A stretch of DNA of 64,000 nucleotides. Origin: Gemmatimonadales bacterium (GTDB taxonomy: Bacteria > Gemmatimonadota > Gemmatimonadetes > Gemmatimonadales > GWC2-71-9). Below, one piece after another: positions 25,586 through 34,543 of this stretch. Position numbers and translations under genes: made by a program. Positions within the stretch are counted from its first letter, which is position 1. Every line of letters begins with the position of its first letter. The notes under the pieces were generated by a model, which worked only from the letters and a program-made list of their open reading frames with translations, searched no databases and was not told the origin of the DNA. Location of the stretch: the NCBI GenBank assembly GCA_036500345.1, contig DASYCE010000017.1, positions 10,071-74,070 of the forward strand, written 5' to 3'.

Positions 25586-26883
25586 TGGCCACCGACTTCG
25601 CCAAGATCAAGGATCAGCTCGCTGAGCGAAGCGTGAACGCGAATTACAGCGCGTTCTTCACCAGCGGTCTGGTGCTCGCCGCGATCGGCCTGGTGCTGTT
25701 CATCGTGTCGCTGCTCGGTGACGGGAGTCATCGCGCCTGGCAGGCCTTCCATGTGAACTGGATCTTCTGGACCGGGATCTGCGCCGGCGCGATCGCGATC
25801 ACGGCCGTGCACAAGATCGTCGGCGCCAAGTGGTCCGGGGTGATCCTCCGCCTCTCGCAGGCGACGTCGTTCTTCATCCCGGTGTCGCTGATCGGTCTGG
25901 TGCTCATCATGACCGTCGGCTACCACGACATCTACGGCAACATGGCCGCAGCACTCCCGGGGCTTTCTCCCGGCAAGGCGCGCTGGCTGTCGCACAGCTG
26001 GATGGCGATCCGGATGTTCGTCGGGCTCGGCCTGCTCTTCTGGATCGGAATCCGGATGATCCGCAGCGATCTCCTCCCCGATCTCGTGACGGTGCGCGAC
26101 CGCGTCACCGGACCGCGGCGGGTGCGCTACGACCGGATGCTGCAGGGATACGACGAAGCGGCCAACCACGACCGGATCTATCACTCGGCGGCGATCTACG
26201 CGCCGCTGTACGCGTTCGTGATGACGATCGTCGCGTTCGACGGCATCATGGCGCTGCAGCCGCACTGGTATTCCAACCTGCTCGGCGGCTGGTACTTCAT
26301 GGGGGCGTGGCTCGGCGCGCTGATGCTCGACGCGTTGCTGATGCTGTACGCGCGCAAGGCGGTCAACCTTCGCGAGTTCATCACCGACAAGCAGCGCCAC
26401 GATCTTGGCAAGCTCTGCTTCGGCTTCACCGTCTTCTGGACCTACCTGATGTGGGCGCAGTTCCTGGTGATCTGGTACGGGAACATGCACGAGGAGACCG
26501 GCTTCGTCTTCGCGCGGCTCTGGGGGCCGTGGCGCCCGGTCGGGGCTGCTGTCGGGATCGGTGTCTTCCTGATTCCGTTCGCGGGACTCCTTGGCGTCGC
26601 ACCGAAGAAGGCGCCGCTCACGCTCGGCTTGCTCGCGACGATCTCCTTCGCCTCGCTCTGGCTCGAACGGTACCTGCTCGTGACGCCGTCGGTCACCGCG
26701 GCGGCGGGGCCGGTCTTCGGGCTTCCCGAGCTCGGGCCGATCTGTCTCTTCCTTGGACTCTTCCTCACCTGCTACGCGATCTTCGCGCGGACGTTCCCGA
26801 TGGTTTCACCCCGCCTTGCGCTCATCACGCTTCAGAAGGAAGCGGCGCATCACGGCGAGATTTATGAAAGCCAGGTCGGCTAG
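25585..26883 (+). CDS. actF: Alternative complex III subunit ActF (second NrfD-like membrane subunit)
   Basis: TGATG overlap with the actE stop; the track ORF begins one codon earlier at a TTG. Polytopic membrane protein in the position expected for ActF. Confidence 0.8.
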   Translation: MATDFAKIKDQLAERSVNANYSAFFTSGLVLAAIGLVLFIVSLLGDGSHRAWQAFHVNWIFWTGICAGAIAITAVHKIVGAKWSGVILRLSQATSFFIPVSLIGLVLIMTVGYHDIYGNMAAALPGLSPGKARWLSHSWMAIRMFVGLGLLFWIGIRMIRSDLLPDLVTVRDRVTGPRRVRYDRMLQGYDEAANHDRIYHSAAIYAPLYAFVMTIVAFDGIMALQPHWYSNLLGGWYFMGAWLGALMLDALLMLYARKAVNLREFITDKQRHDLGKLCFGFTVFWTYLMWAQFLVIWYGNMHEETGFVFARLWGPWRPVGAAVGIGVFLIPFAGLLGVAPKKAPLTLGLLATISFASLWLERYLLVTPSVTAAAGPVFGLPELGPICLFLGLFLTCYAIFARTFPMVSPRLALITLQKEAAHHGEIYESQVG

Positions 26884-26887
26884 CTGA

Positions 26888-26910
26888 CGGCGCGCTGACA
26901 CGGCGCGCCG
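26888..26910 (+). terminator. GC-rich hairpin just after actF (candidate terminator, no U-tract)
   Basis: cggcgcgc-tgacacg-gcgcgccg forms an 8-bp perfect stem starting 5 nt after the actF stop. Confidence 0.3.
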
Positions 26911-26966
26911 CCCTCCGCATCCCCGCCTCTGACAGGCCGGTGCGATTCTTGAAGTAGGGGCAAGCC

Positions 26967-29570
26967 ATGACCGAGTCACGGCGGCGATTCTCCGGAATGT
27001 CGCTCGAGTGGAAGGTTCCACTCGCGGCCGGGGGAGTTCTGCTGCTTGTGACCGGAGCGCTCTGCTGGACCGCCTACCTGCAGGTCCGTCGTTCGGTGGA
27101 CGTGGCGGGCAATACGAGGCTGAGCGGTCTCGCCACCCAGATTGCCGTCGCCCTCCAATCGCAGGTCTCGCAGTCCTCCCGCCGCGCCCAGCTGATCGCT
27201 GCGCAACCCGCGATTCATTCGATCGTGCACCGCGATACGCCGTTTCAGCCGGGAAGTGCGGTGGCAGCGGTTCACGCCGCCTTGCCGACGGACACCAATC
27301 TCATCGCGGTCGAAGTCTGGGATGATTCAGGGCGTAAAGTCGCGGTCGACGGACCTGCTGCGGCGGCAGTGCAACGGCTCGGTTCCGAAGACCTGCTGAG
27401 ATCGCGCCACGACCCTGATTCAAGCCACGTCGGTCGCTTCCAGGCGATCGGTGACACGGTGGTCGTCCCGATCATCGCCAAGATCGCCGAGGACGGCGCG
27501 CTGGCCGGGTACGTCGTCGTGTGGCAACGAGTCTCCAGCAGCCGGCGCTCGACCACGAGCGGCCAGGTTGGCGCAATCATCGGCGCCGGCGGTCGATTGC
27601 TGGTCGGGTCGCCGAACGGCGCATGGACTGATCAGTCGCAGGCGGTGGCAGCGCCACCGATTGACTTCACCAGACAGGACTCGCTGGCCAAGTACGACGG
27701 GCCCGACGGTCACGAGCGGATGACCGCTTACACGCGCGTCACCGGCGTACCATGGGTGGTGGCGCTCGAGGTGCCGGCCGACGCGATCCGCGCCCCGGCG
27801 CACCACTTCCTCGGTTCGTTCATCGGGATGGCCGCACTGATTCTCGTGATCGGGCTCGCGGGGGCGTGGCTCTTCATTCACCGGATGACCTCGCCGATCA
27901 TCGAACTCACCGACGCGGTCGCTGCCATGGGCACCGGGCGGCACGGCGTCCGGGTGCCACCCGGCAAGAACGACGAACTCGGTCGACTCGGCGCCGCGTT
28001 CAACACCATGGCCGATCGCGTCGAGGACGAGGTTGCCGCGCGCACCTCCTCGGAAGAGCAATGGCGGCTCCTCTTCGACAACAATCCGCATCCGATGTGG
28101 CTCTACGACCGCAACACGATGCGCTTCCTGCAGGCGAACGACTCCGCCATCCGGCAGTACGGCTACGACCGCGAAGAATTCCTGCAGATGCACCTGCGCG
28201 ACATCTACCCGCCGTCGGAGTACGGCACGCTCGACGGCATCATCTCCTCGATGACACCGCATGAGGAGACGATGGCGATGATCAAGCATCAGCGGAAGGA
28301 TGGCTCGATCCTCGACGTCGAGGCGCGTGGTCGTCCGTTGCCGCAGATGGGCCCGGCGGTCCGGCTGGTCGTCGCGACCGACATCACCGAGCGGCTCGCC
28401 GCACAGCGGCGCGCCCACGAAGCCGAAGAGCAGCTGCAGCAGTCGCAGAAGATGGAGGCGATCGGCCGCCTCGCTGGTGGCGTGGCGCATGACTTCAACA
28501 ACCTCCTCACGGTGATTTCGGCGTGCGCCGAGCAGCTGATGGAGGGTGCACTGCCCGCGGAAGAGCGGGAGAACGCGGTCGAGATCAGCGCCGCGGCGTC
28601 GCGCGCGTCGGCGCTGACGCGTCAGCTCCTCACCTTCTCCCGCAAGCAGATCATCCAGCAGCAGCGGCTCGACCTGAGTGCCATCGTGCGCGGCGTGCAG
28701 CCGATGCTCAAGCGGCTCCTGTTCGAGAATATCGAACTGCTGACCAATCTCGCGGCGGGCCACGCGCCGGTGATCGCCGATCCGAGCCAGATGGAACAGG
28801 TGATCCTCAACCTCGTCGTCAACGCCTCCGACGCGATGCCCGGCGGCGGAACGCTGGTGATCGAGACCGCTGTTGTCGATCTCGACGATGCCTACACCGA
28901 GCACCATGTCGAGGTGGTCGCCGGCCGGTACGTCCGGTTGATCGTGAGCGACACCGGCAGCGGAATGGACTCGGCAACGCTGGCGCGGATCTTCGAACCG
29001 TTCTACACCACCAAGGCACCGGGGATGGGGACCGGTCTCGGCCTCTCGACGGTCTACGCCATCGTCAAGCAGTTCGGCGGGCACGTCTGGGTCTACAGCG
29101 AAGTCGGCCTCGGGACCACGTTCAAGGTCTATCTCCCACTGGCAGTTGAGGAGAGCCAGGCAAAGCCTGAAGTAGTGCCGCTCCCGGGTGTTCCCGATGC
29201 CACGGCAACCGTGCTGCTGGTCGAAGACGAGGATACCGTGCGCCGGGCGGTGCGCCGGATGCTCGAGCGCTCGGGATACACGGTCATCGAGGCGGCCAAT
29301 GGCCAGGACGGACTCGATGTCGCGGCGACGCATGACGGGACGATCGACGCGGTCGTCACCGACCTGATGATGCCGGGAATGGATGGCCGCACCTTCTCCG
29401 AGCGGCTCCGGACGACCCATCCGAACATCCGTGTCGTGTTCACCTCCGGCTATACCGACGACGCCGTGATCCGCCGCGGAATTGTCGACGCGTCCCATCG
29501 CTTCCTTCAGAAGCCGTTCACCCGCGACCAGCTGGCGCGGGCGGTCCACGCCGTCCTTGACGGGAGCTGA
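26967..29570 (+). CDS. Hybrid sensor histidine kinase / response regulator (TM, extracytoplasmic sensor, TM, HAMP, PAS, HisKA, HATPase, REC)
   Basis: Two TM helices flank a ~250-aa sensor domain. HAMP (SPIIELTDAVAAMGTG...ELGRLGAAFNTMADRV), PAS (WRLLFDNNPHPMWLYD), H-box GGVAHDFNNLLTVI, G-boxes (DTGSGMD, GTGLGLS), REC (VLLVEDEDTVR...DLMMPGMDG). Confidence 0.9.
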   Translation: MTESRRRFSGMSLEWKVPLAAGGVLLLVTGALCWTAYLQVRRSVDVAGNTRLSGLATQIAVALQSQVSQSSRRAQLIAAQPAIHSIVHRDTPFQPGSAVAAVHAALPTDTNLIAVEVWDDSGRKVAVDGPAAAAVQRLGSEDLLRSRHDPDSSHVGRFQAIGDTVVVPIIAKIAEDGALAGYVVVWQRVSSSRRSTTSGQVGAIIGAGGRLLVGSPNGAWTDQSQAVAAPPIDFTRQDSLAKYDGPDGHERMTAYTRVTGVPWVVALEVPADAIRAPAHHFLGSFIGMAALILVIGLAGAWLFIHRMTSPIIELTDAVAAMGTGRHGVRVPPGKNDELGRLGAAFNTMADRVEDEVAARTSSEEQWRLLFDNNPHPMWLYDRNTMRFLQANDSAIRQYGYDREEFLQMHLRDIYPPSEYGTLDGIISSMTPHEETMAMIKHQRKDGSILDVEARGRPLPQMGPAVRLVVATDITERLAAQRRAHEAEEQLQQSQKMEAIGRLAGGVAHDFNNLLTVISACAEQLMEGALPAEERENAVEISAAASRASALTRQLLTFSRKQIIQQQRLDLSAIVRGVQPMLKRLLFENIELLTNLAAGHAPVIADPSQMEQVILNLVVNASDAMPGGGTLVIETAVVDLDDAYTEHHVEVVAGRYVRLIVSDTGSGMDSATLARIFEPFYTTKAPGMGTGLGLSTVYAIVKQFGGHVWVYSEVGLGTTFKVYLPLAVEESQAKPEVVPLPGVPDATATVLLVEDEDTVRRAVRRMLERSGYTVIEAANGQDGLDVAATHDGTIDAVVTDLMMPGMDGRTFSERLRTTHPNIRVVFTSGYTDDAVIRRGIVDASHRFLQKPFTRDQLARAVHAVLDGS

Positions 29571-29624
29571 GGCGGCGCGAGCGACGTACGGCGCGGGACT
29601 CCCATGAGATCCATGGCAAAGCAA

Positions 29625-29648
29625 ACGGGCCCCCGCGAGGAGGCCCGT
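29625..29648. terminator. Hairpin between convergent genes (candidate bidirectional terminator)
   Basis: ACGGGCC-cccgcgagga-GGCCCGT forms a 7-bp perfect stem between the kinase stop (29570) and the anti-sigma stop (29676). Confidence 0.35.
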
Positions 29649-29675
29649 AACGCAGTGTCCGGTGACTGCCAGGAT

Positions 29676-30602
29676 CTACTGCAGCTTGACTCGTCCACTC
29701 AAGGCGTTGAGCGAATCCACCGAGAGATGTCCCACGACCGTGACCATGCGTGACGGGCGGGTCACACCGCCGTTGGCGCCGAAGACGTAGTCCGGATGGG
29801 TACGGCTCGGCGTGGACATTGCAATTCCGCTCGCCTGCAGCATCTGGTTGACCGGTGTCACATCGTCGACCGGCCCTTCGAAGACCCAGACCAGGTTGCC
29901 GTCGGCGAGCTGCTGCCGCACCATGAAAGTCGGGCGACCGCCGCTGGTGCTCGGATGCATCCGCACCTCGGTCACGGCGAGGCCAGCCACGCGTGCCAGC
30001 GATCCATCGCCGGCGGAGAGCGCGTCATCCCACGAAGCGTTGTTCCATTCGTTCGCCACGACCGGATCGACATCGGCCGTGGTCGAGACGAGGTGCGGAC
30101 GCGGCTGCGTCGACACGACCGCCGGCGGAAGGACCCGTGCCGGCACCGTGGTGCGCGACGCGATTGTCACCTGGCGCTGCCACGACGCGGCGCGATCGCT
30201 GGAGGCGTGACCGGGCAGCAGGAAGTCGGCGGCCGGCAGCGACGAAGCGAGTTGCTGGCTCGGCGTCCCCTGATCGGCGATCCGATCGGGTTGCAACGAG
30301 AACCAGACGCCGGCACCCACGACCGCGGCAACGGCCGCAGCTGTGATGCGCGGCAAGCGCCGACGCCGGCTGGCGTCGGAGAAGGCCGGCATCGCCGGTC
30401 CGCGGACCGTCCGCGGCGCTGCGATCGCGAGCAGTCGTGCGGTGCGCGCACGAAGTTCGGTCACCTCGGCGTGCTGCGCACGACAGATCAGGCATCCCAG
30501 CAGATGCTCGGCGATCTCTACGCGCTGCGGCGGGGAAAGCTCCCCGTCGGAGTAGGCGTGCAGTTCCTCTTCAGGAATGTGCGGTCGCACGACGTTGCTC
30601 AA
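29676..30602 (-). CDS. Anti-sigma factor (zf-HC2 type, single TM, extracytoplasmic C-terminal domain)
   Basis: The N-terminal HAYSDGELSPPQRVEIAEHLLGCLICRAQH gives the H-x3-C-x2-C zinc motif. A TM segment follows (ITAAAVAAVVGAGVWF). It lies immediately downstream of, and overlaps, the ECF sigma gene. Confidence 0.75.
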   Translation of the reverse strand: MSNVVRPHIPEEELHAYSDGELSPPQRVEIAEHLLGCLICRAQHAEVTELRARTARLLAIAAPRTVRGPAMPAFSDASRRRRLPRITAAAVAAVVGAGVWFSLQPDRIADQGTPSQQLASSLPAADFLLPGHASSDRAASWQRQVTIASRTTVPARVLPPAVVSTQPRPHLVSTTADVDPVVANEWNNASWDDALSAGDGSLARVAGLAVTEVRMHPSTSGGRPTFMVRQQLADGNLVWVFEGPVDDVTPVNQMLQASGIAMSTPSRTHPDYVFGANGGVTRPSRMVTVVGHLSVDSLNALSGRVKLQ

Positions 30603-31098
30603 CCCGGTGTTCCTCCATCATATCGTGGGCGGCCACGAGTCGCTTGCGCGCCCGGGCCAGGGTGGTGCCAACGGCTCCGACGGCAAGACCTGTCTGTTCG
30701 GCGATCTCGGGATATGACATCCCGGCGTCCCAGAGAAGGAGCACTTCGCGATCGCGCGGCGACAGCGTGGCCAGCGCGCGCTTCACTTCCGCTTCCTGCT
30801 CCTCGTGATCCATGCCGTCTTCCACATCCGAGTTCTTGGCCGGTGACGCGATCGGTTCGTGCGTCAGGAGCACCAGATGCTTGCGACGGCGGATCGCAGC
30901 CCGGGCTTCGTCGCGGGCGATATTGGCCGCCACCGCGAAGACCCAGGAGCGTGGTTTTTCAGGTTGGTGTGCCAGCGCCCGCATGAAAACTTCCTGGGCG
31001 AGATCCTCGGCTCGATCCGCATCCCACACCTTGCGGTAGAGGAAGCGAACGACGGCATCGTAGGTTGTCCGGTACAGGCCATCCAGATCGAACGCCAT
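30571..31098 (-). CDS. ECF-type RNA polymerase sigma-70 factor
   Basis: Trimmed to ATG 31098 (aggagaacc RBS). Region 2 (AEDLAQEVFMRAL...SWVFAVAANIARD) and region 4 (LSPRDREVLLLWDAGMSYPEIAEQTGLAVGAVGTTLARARKRL). Confidence 0.9.
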   Translation of the reverse strand: MAFDLDGLYRTTYDAVVRFLYRKVWDADRAEDLAQEVFMRALAHQPEKPRSWVFAVAANIARDEARAAIRRRKHLVLLTHEPIASPAKNSDVEDGMDHEEQEAEVKRALATLSPRDREVLLLWDAGMSYPEIAEQTGLAVGAVGTTLARARKRLVAAHDMMEEHRVEQRRATAHS

Positions 31099-31246
31099 TC
31101 CGGTTCTCCTGGCTACAAGTGCAAGTGTACGAATAGTCGGTTTGGTGACGTCCGGGTAGCAGGGAATGCACACACAGGTAGTATGGTAGTCGCCGAGGCC
31201 CGAAGGAATGCCGAAAACGGCGGGGCGAGCCTCCTCGGAACGGCCG

Positions 31247-32014
31247 TCACACTTTGAGACGGGTATTTCGGAAGGCGCACCCAGGATGGAGCCCCGACCG
31301 CTTCTCTGGCCACTTGCTGCACATGATCGGCTTCGCCGGGCGCCCGTCGGCGCGGGTCCGGCCGTGGAGTCGGCACGCCCCCGAGGTATCGAGGTACCCG
31401 CAGGCCGAGATGATCTCGACCACGAGCCGGTCGTCCTCTTCCCGATCGGTCTTGCAGAGCAGCGGCGACTTGCGTGAGCGAATCAATGCTTCGAGATGCG
31501 TGGCGCGTGGCGAGCAGGCGATGTCGACCTGCACGTCGCGGCAGCACGCGGCGCCCTGGCGATTGTCGGCGGTGCGACAGCGCGCGGTCGCGCAGGGATT
31601 GGACTGCTCCGCGACAACAGGGAGGGCACGGCGCGCCGGAGCGGCCGGAGGCGCGGCCTCGATCTGCCGCGTCACCAGTCGCTGTCGCTCGACGATCGCA
31701 AAACGATCGTCGCCCAGCGCACGCAGTTCGGGTGTCCGCTCCGGCATCTTCAAGCGACCGTCAAAGCCGTGCGCGGTGCAGCGAACCGAAACGGCGTCGT
31801 CTCCGGTGGCGAGGAAGCGGCACGGGACGTGGATCGATGCGTCGCACCAGAGTTCGCCATCACGCTCGAACAGCGGTCCGAAATCGATGCGTTCGGTATG
31901 GCCAAGGAGCCAGGTCGCGTCGTGATCTTCCTCACCTTCGATCGCGGCGACACGAAGGGTGACATCGAGGGTACGGCAGTGACGACCAAGACGGCGGCAG
32001 GACGGGGGCGACAT
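31247..32014 (-). CDS. Cys-rich protein with a YkgJ/CxxCxxCC-like (zinc/iron-chelating) C-terminal domain
   Basis: C-terminal half: NPCATARCRTADNRQGAACCRD...ACGYLDTSGACRLHGRTRADGRPAKPIMCSKWP...HPGCAF. This follows the pattern C..C....CC ... C.(F/Y)L....C.(I/L)(Y/H)..RP..C..(F/W)P of the YkgJ family. The start is uncertain (ATG 32014 chosen; ATG 32083 possible). Confidence 0.55.
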   Translation of the reverse strand: MSPPSCRRLGRHCRTLDVTLRVAAIEGEEDHDATWLLGHTERIDFGPLFERDGELWCDASIHVPCRFLATGDDAVSVRCTAHGFDGRLKMPERTPELRALGDDRFAIVERQRLVTRQIEAAPPAAPARRALPVVAEQSNPCATARCRTADNRQGAACCRDVQVDIACSPRATHLEALIRSRKSPLLCKTDREEDDRLVVEIISACGYLDTSGACRLHGRTRADGRPAKPIMCSKWPEKRSGLHPGCAFRNTRLKV

Positions 32015-32177
32015 GGGAGCGGAAAGTAGTGGCGACAGTGATGAACAACCACGCTCCCTCTGGGCGCGAAGCAGATTTCTCATTATGTTGTCGCTGCCCG
32101 TGAGGCAACGGAATGGAGCCGGACGGCAATCGGGCCACCCGGCGATCAACATCAATTGGATGCGAGGCGAGTTCAGA

Positions 32178-32660
32178 ATGCGTGTTCCTGCGATGGTGGC
32201 GGCTGCGGCGCTGCTGCTAGCGGCGTGCGGCGGCAGCAAGAACGGTTCGACGGATACCTCTGCGGCGGCGGCAACGCCACCCGCGGCAACCACGCCCCCG
32301 GCGGCGACGCCGGCCGGCACCGGGACGACTCACGAGATCGACATGGTGCAGGAGGGCACGAACAGCTACAAGTTCAAGCCCGACAACATCACGATCAAGC
32401 AGGGCGACGTGGTCGTCTTCAAGGGCGTCTCTGGTCTGCAGCACGACGTCTCGTTCTATCCGGACAGCATTCCCCCGGGCGCGGCCGATGTCCTGAACGC
32501 TGCGATTCCGAACAAGACGCAGCCTCTCTCGACCGAGATGATCTCCGACGGCAGCCAGGTGTCGATTTCGTTCGCGGGTGCTCCGGTGGGCGTTTACAAG
32601 TTCTTCTGCATTCCTCATCAGCCGATGGGAATGCACGGCCAGATCACCGTCACGCAGTAA
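32178..32660 (+). CDS. Type-1 blue copper protein (plastocyanin/pseudoazurin-like cupredoxin), lipoprotein with an Ala/Pro/Thr linker
   Basis: Trimmed to ATG 32178. Lipobox LLLAAC followed by a TSAAAATPPAATTPPAATPAGTG linker. Copper ligands H (GLQHDVSF) and C-x2-H-x4-M (FFCIPHQPMGMHG). Confidence 0.85.
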   Translation: MRVPAMVAAAALLLAACGGSKNGSTDTSAAAATPPAATTPPAATPAGTGTTHEIDMVQEGTNSYKFKPDNITIKQGDVVVFKGVSGLQHDVSFYPDSIPPGAADVLNAAIPNKTQPLSTEMISDGSQVSISFAGAPVGVYKFFCIPHQPMGMHGQITVTQ

Positions 32661-32672
32661 CCGCGCGGCGGG

Positions 32673-33578
32673 TCAGCTGACGACGGAAGGGAGATGCGGG
32701 TTCGCCTGCGTCTCCCTTTTCCGTGCCACGGCCTGATGCGCCCGGTGCCCGGCAAGACCGGCGACAGTCACGCCGAGGATGAGTCCGCACCCGCTGTCGA
32801 CGGCGTAGTGCATCTGGCAATAGACCACGGCGACGACGAGCATCCCGGTCGGAATGGCGAGAATCGCGCCCCAGCGTGGTGAGGCGCGCCACACGCCGAC
32901 CGTGGCGGCTACCGTCGCCGCTACATGCGACGACGGGAACGCCGCACCGTACGCGCTCCCACCACGCAACGCCGAATAGACCATCCGCGCCGGGAGATTG
33001 GCGACGAACAATCCGCTCGGCCGCGGGAATTCGTAATACGGGCCGGCCACCGGGACGAAGAGATAGAAGAGGTAGCAGATGAGGTAGGTCGTGATCAGCC
33101 CGTCAAGGTACGGCTCGAGCGACTCGCCGCGTCCCGCGATCAGCATCACGATCACCGGCACCGCGACGATGAGGTAGTACGACAGGTAGGTCGCGTGGAG
33201 GATCGTCGACCAGAAGACGCTCGGATGCATTCGCCACCAGTCGCGGCTCGGTTGCATCCCGAAGATCGCGTGCTCGATCAGCTGGATCTGGTGGTCCCAG
33301 GTTCCCGCCGCGCCGAAGCCGTTGAGCACGTCGATCGCGGAGTAGAGCCCGGTGAGGAGGAGCAGGGGATAGATGTTGCGCAACACGCGCATCACCGCGG
33401 AATCGCGAGCGTGAACCGTCATCCACGCCAGGGCGGGGATGGCGAGATGTGCCGCGAGCACCAGCGGAATGCCGGGACGGCCGATCCGTGTCAACGCCAG
33501 CACCGCAACCAGCACGCCGTAGATCGCAAGGATGCGATCGACCAGCCGCCAGCGTGGTTGATTCCCGTTCAAATCCAC
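32673..33578 (-). CDS. PAP2-superfamily membrane protein with Aur1/sphingomyelin-synthase-like motifs
   Basis: Polytopic membrane protein. The AAFPSSHVA (S-x-H) and MHYAVDSG (H-Y-x-x-D) motifs lie in consecutive TM-proximal loops. The GTG start at 33578 overlaps the upstream gene's stop by 10 nt. Confidence 0.75.
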   Translation of the reverse strand: MDLNGNQPRWRLVDRILAIYGVLVAVLALTRIGRPGIPLVLAAHLAIPALAWMTVHARDSAVMRVLRNIYPLLLLTGLYSAIDVLNGFGAAGTWDHQIQLIEHAIFGMQPSRDWWRMHPSVFWSTILHATYLSYYLIVAVPVIVMLIAGRGESLEPYLDGLITTYLICYLFYLFVPVAGPYYEFPRPSGLFVANLPARMVYSALRGGSAYGAAFPSSHVAATVAATVGVWRASPRWGAILAIPTGMLVVAVVYCQMHYAVDSGCGLILGVTVAGLAGHRAHQAVARKRETQANPHLPSVVS

Positions 33579-34543
33579 CGAGCCTCCCGATACGATGCGA
33601 GCGTGTCGGCCAGCCCGCGATCAAGATCCCACGCCGGATGCCACGCGGTTGCCGCGATGAACGGCGCCGGATCCGCGGTCCACGCCTCCTGGTAGAACTC
33701 GTGCACCTTGTCGGGATGCAGGATCGACTTCTGGTGGAAGAGATCCGCCCACGCGCCAGTCACTGTCAGTGCAGCGCGTGCGGCCCATTCCGGCAGCGGC
33801 AGCGGCATCACCGTGCGCTGCATCAATGCCGCGATCCGTCGCAGCAATTCCGCACCGGTGACGATCTCGGGATGATTCACATAGAAGATGCCGTGCTCGA
33901 CGGCGTTGCTGCCTGCGGCATCGATCAGCGCGTCGGCGAGATCGCCAACATGGATCAGGCAGACTTCCATCGATCCGTCGCCGAACATCGGCGCGATGCC
34001 CCAGCGCACCGCCTTGAAGAGCGGCAGGAATCCGTCGCGGTCGCGGGGACCGTACACCACCGGCGCGCGCACGGCGCACCACGACGGCGCGGCGTCGGCA
34101 AGCGCTTTCTCTCCGGCGAGTTTGCTGCGGCCATACATCGTGACGGGATGATCGTCTCCGGCGTCGCGCTTCGGCGTTCCGCGCGTCGATGGTCCCCCTG
34201 CCGCCATTGACGACACCAGGACAACGCGGGGCGGTCGCCGTGCCGCCGCCGCTGCATCGGCGATATTCCGTGTCCCGTCGCGGTTGACGCGCATCAGCTC
34301 GGCTTCATCGCTGGAGCCAAGCTGTGCCGCGGCGTGATACACGATCTCCTGATCGCGGACGGCGTCGGTCAAAGCTGCGCGATTGGAGAGGTCGGTGGCG
34401 ACGAGCCGCACGCCCCGGCTGGCGAGGGCTGACGCGCGCGACGGTGATCGCACCGTCGCCGTGACGGTGTCGCCGCGCGCAAGAAGGCGGTCAACGAGGT
34501 GACCGCCGACGAAGCCGGTCGCCCCGGTGACCAGGACGTTCAT
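33569..34543 (-). CDS. NAD(P)-dependent epimerase/dehydratase-family (extended SDR) protein
   Basis: Trimmed to ATG 34543 (MNVLVTGATGFVGGHLVDRLL Rossmann motif). Active-site-like YGRSK (Y-x3-K). ATGA overlap with the upstream gene's stop. Confidence 0.85.
   Translation of the reverse strand: MNVLVTGATGFVGGHLVDRLLARGDTVTATVRSPSRASALASRGVRLVATDLSNRAALTDAVRDQEIVYHAAAQLGSSDEAELMRVNRDGTRNIADAAAAARRPPRVVLVSSMAAGGPSTRGTPKRDAGDDHPVTMYGRSKLAGEKALADAAPSWCAVRAPVVYGPRDRDGFLPLFKAVRWGIAPMFGDGSMEVCLIHVGDLADALIDAAGSNAVEHGIFYVNHPEIVTGAELLRRIAALMQRTVMPLPLPEWAARAALTVTGAWADLFHQKSILHPDKVHEFYQEAWTADPAPFIAATAWHPAWDLDRGLADTLASYREARWI

Noticed and set aside
27420-29624. 734-aa minus-strand ORF.
   Set aside because: It is antisense to the HAMP-PAS-HisKA-HATPase-REC kinase and has no recognisable domains.
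31214-31247. Possible terminator after the YkgJ-like gene (ACGGC...GCCGT followed by TTTTC on the minus strand).
   Set aside because: The stem is only 5 bp with a 21-nt loop containing a 4-bp inner stem, and it overlaps the stop codon. This is too weak to call.
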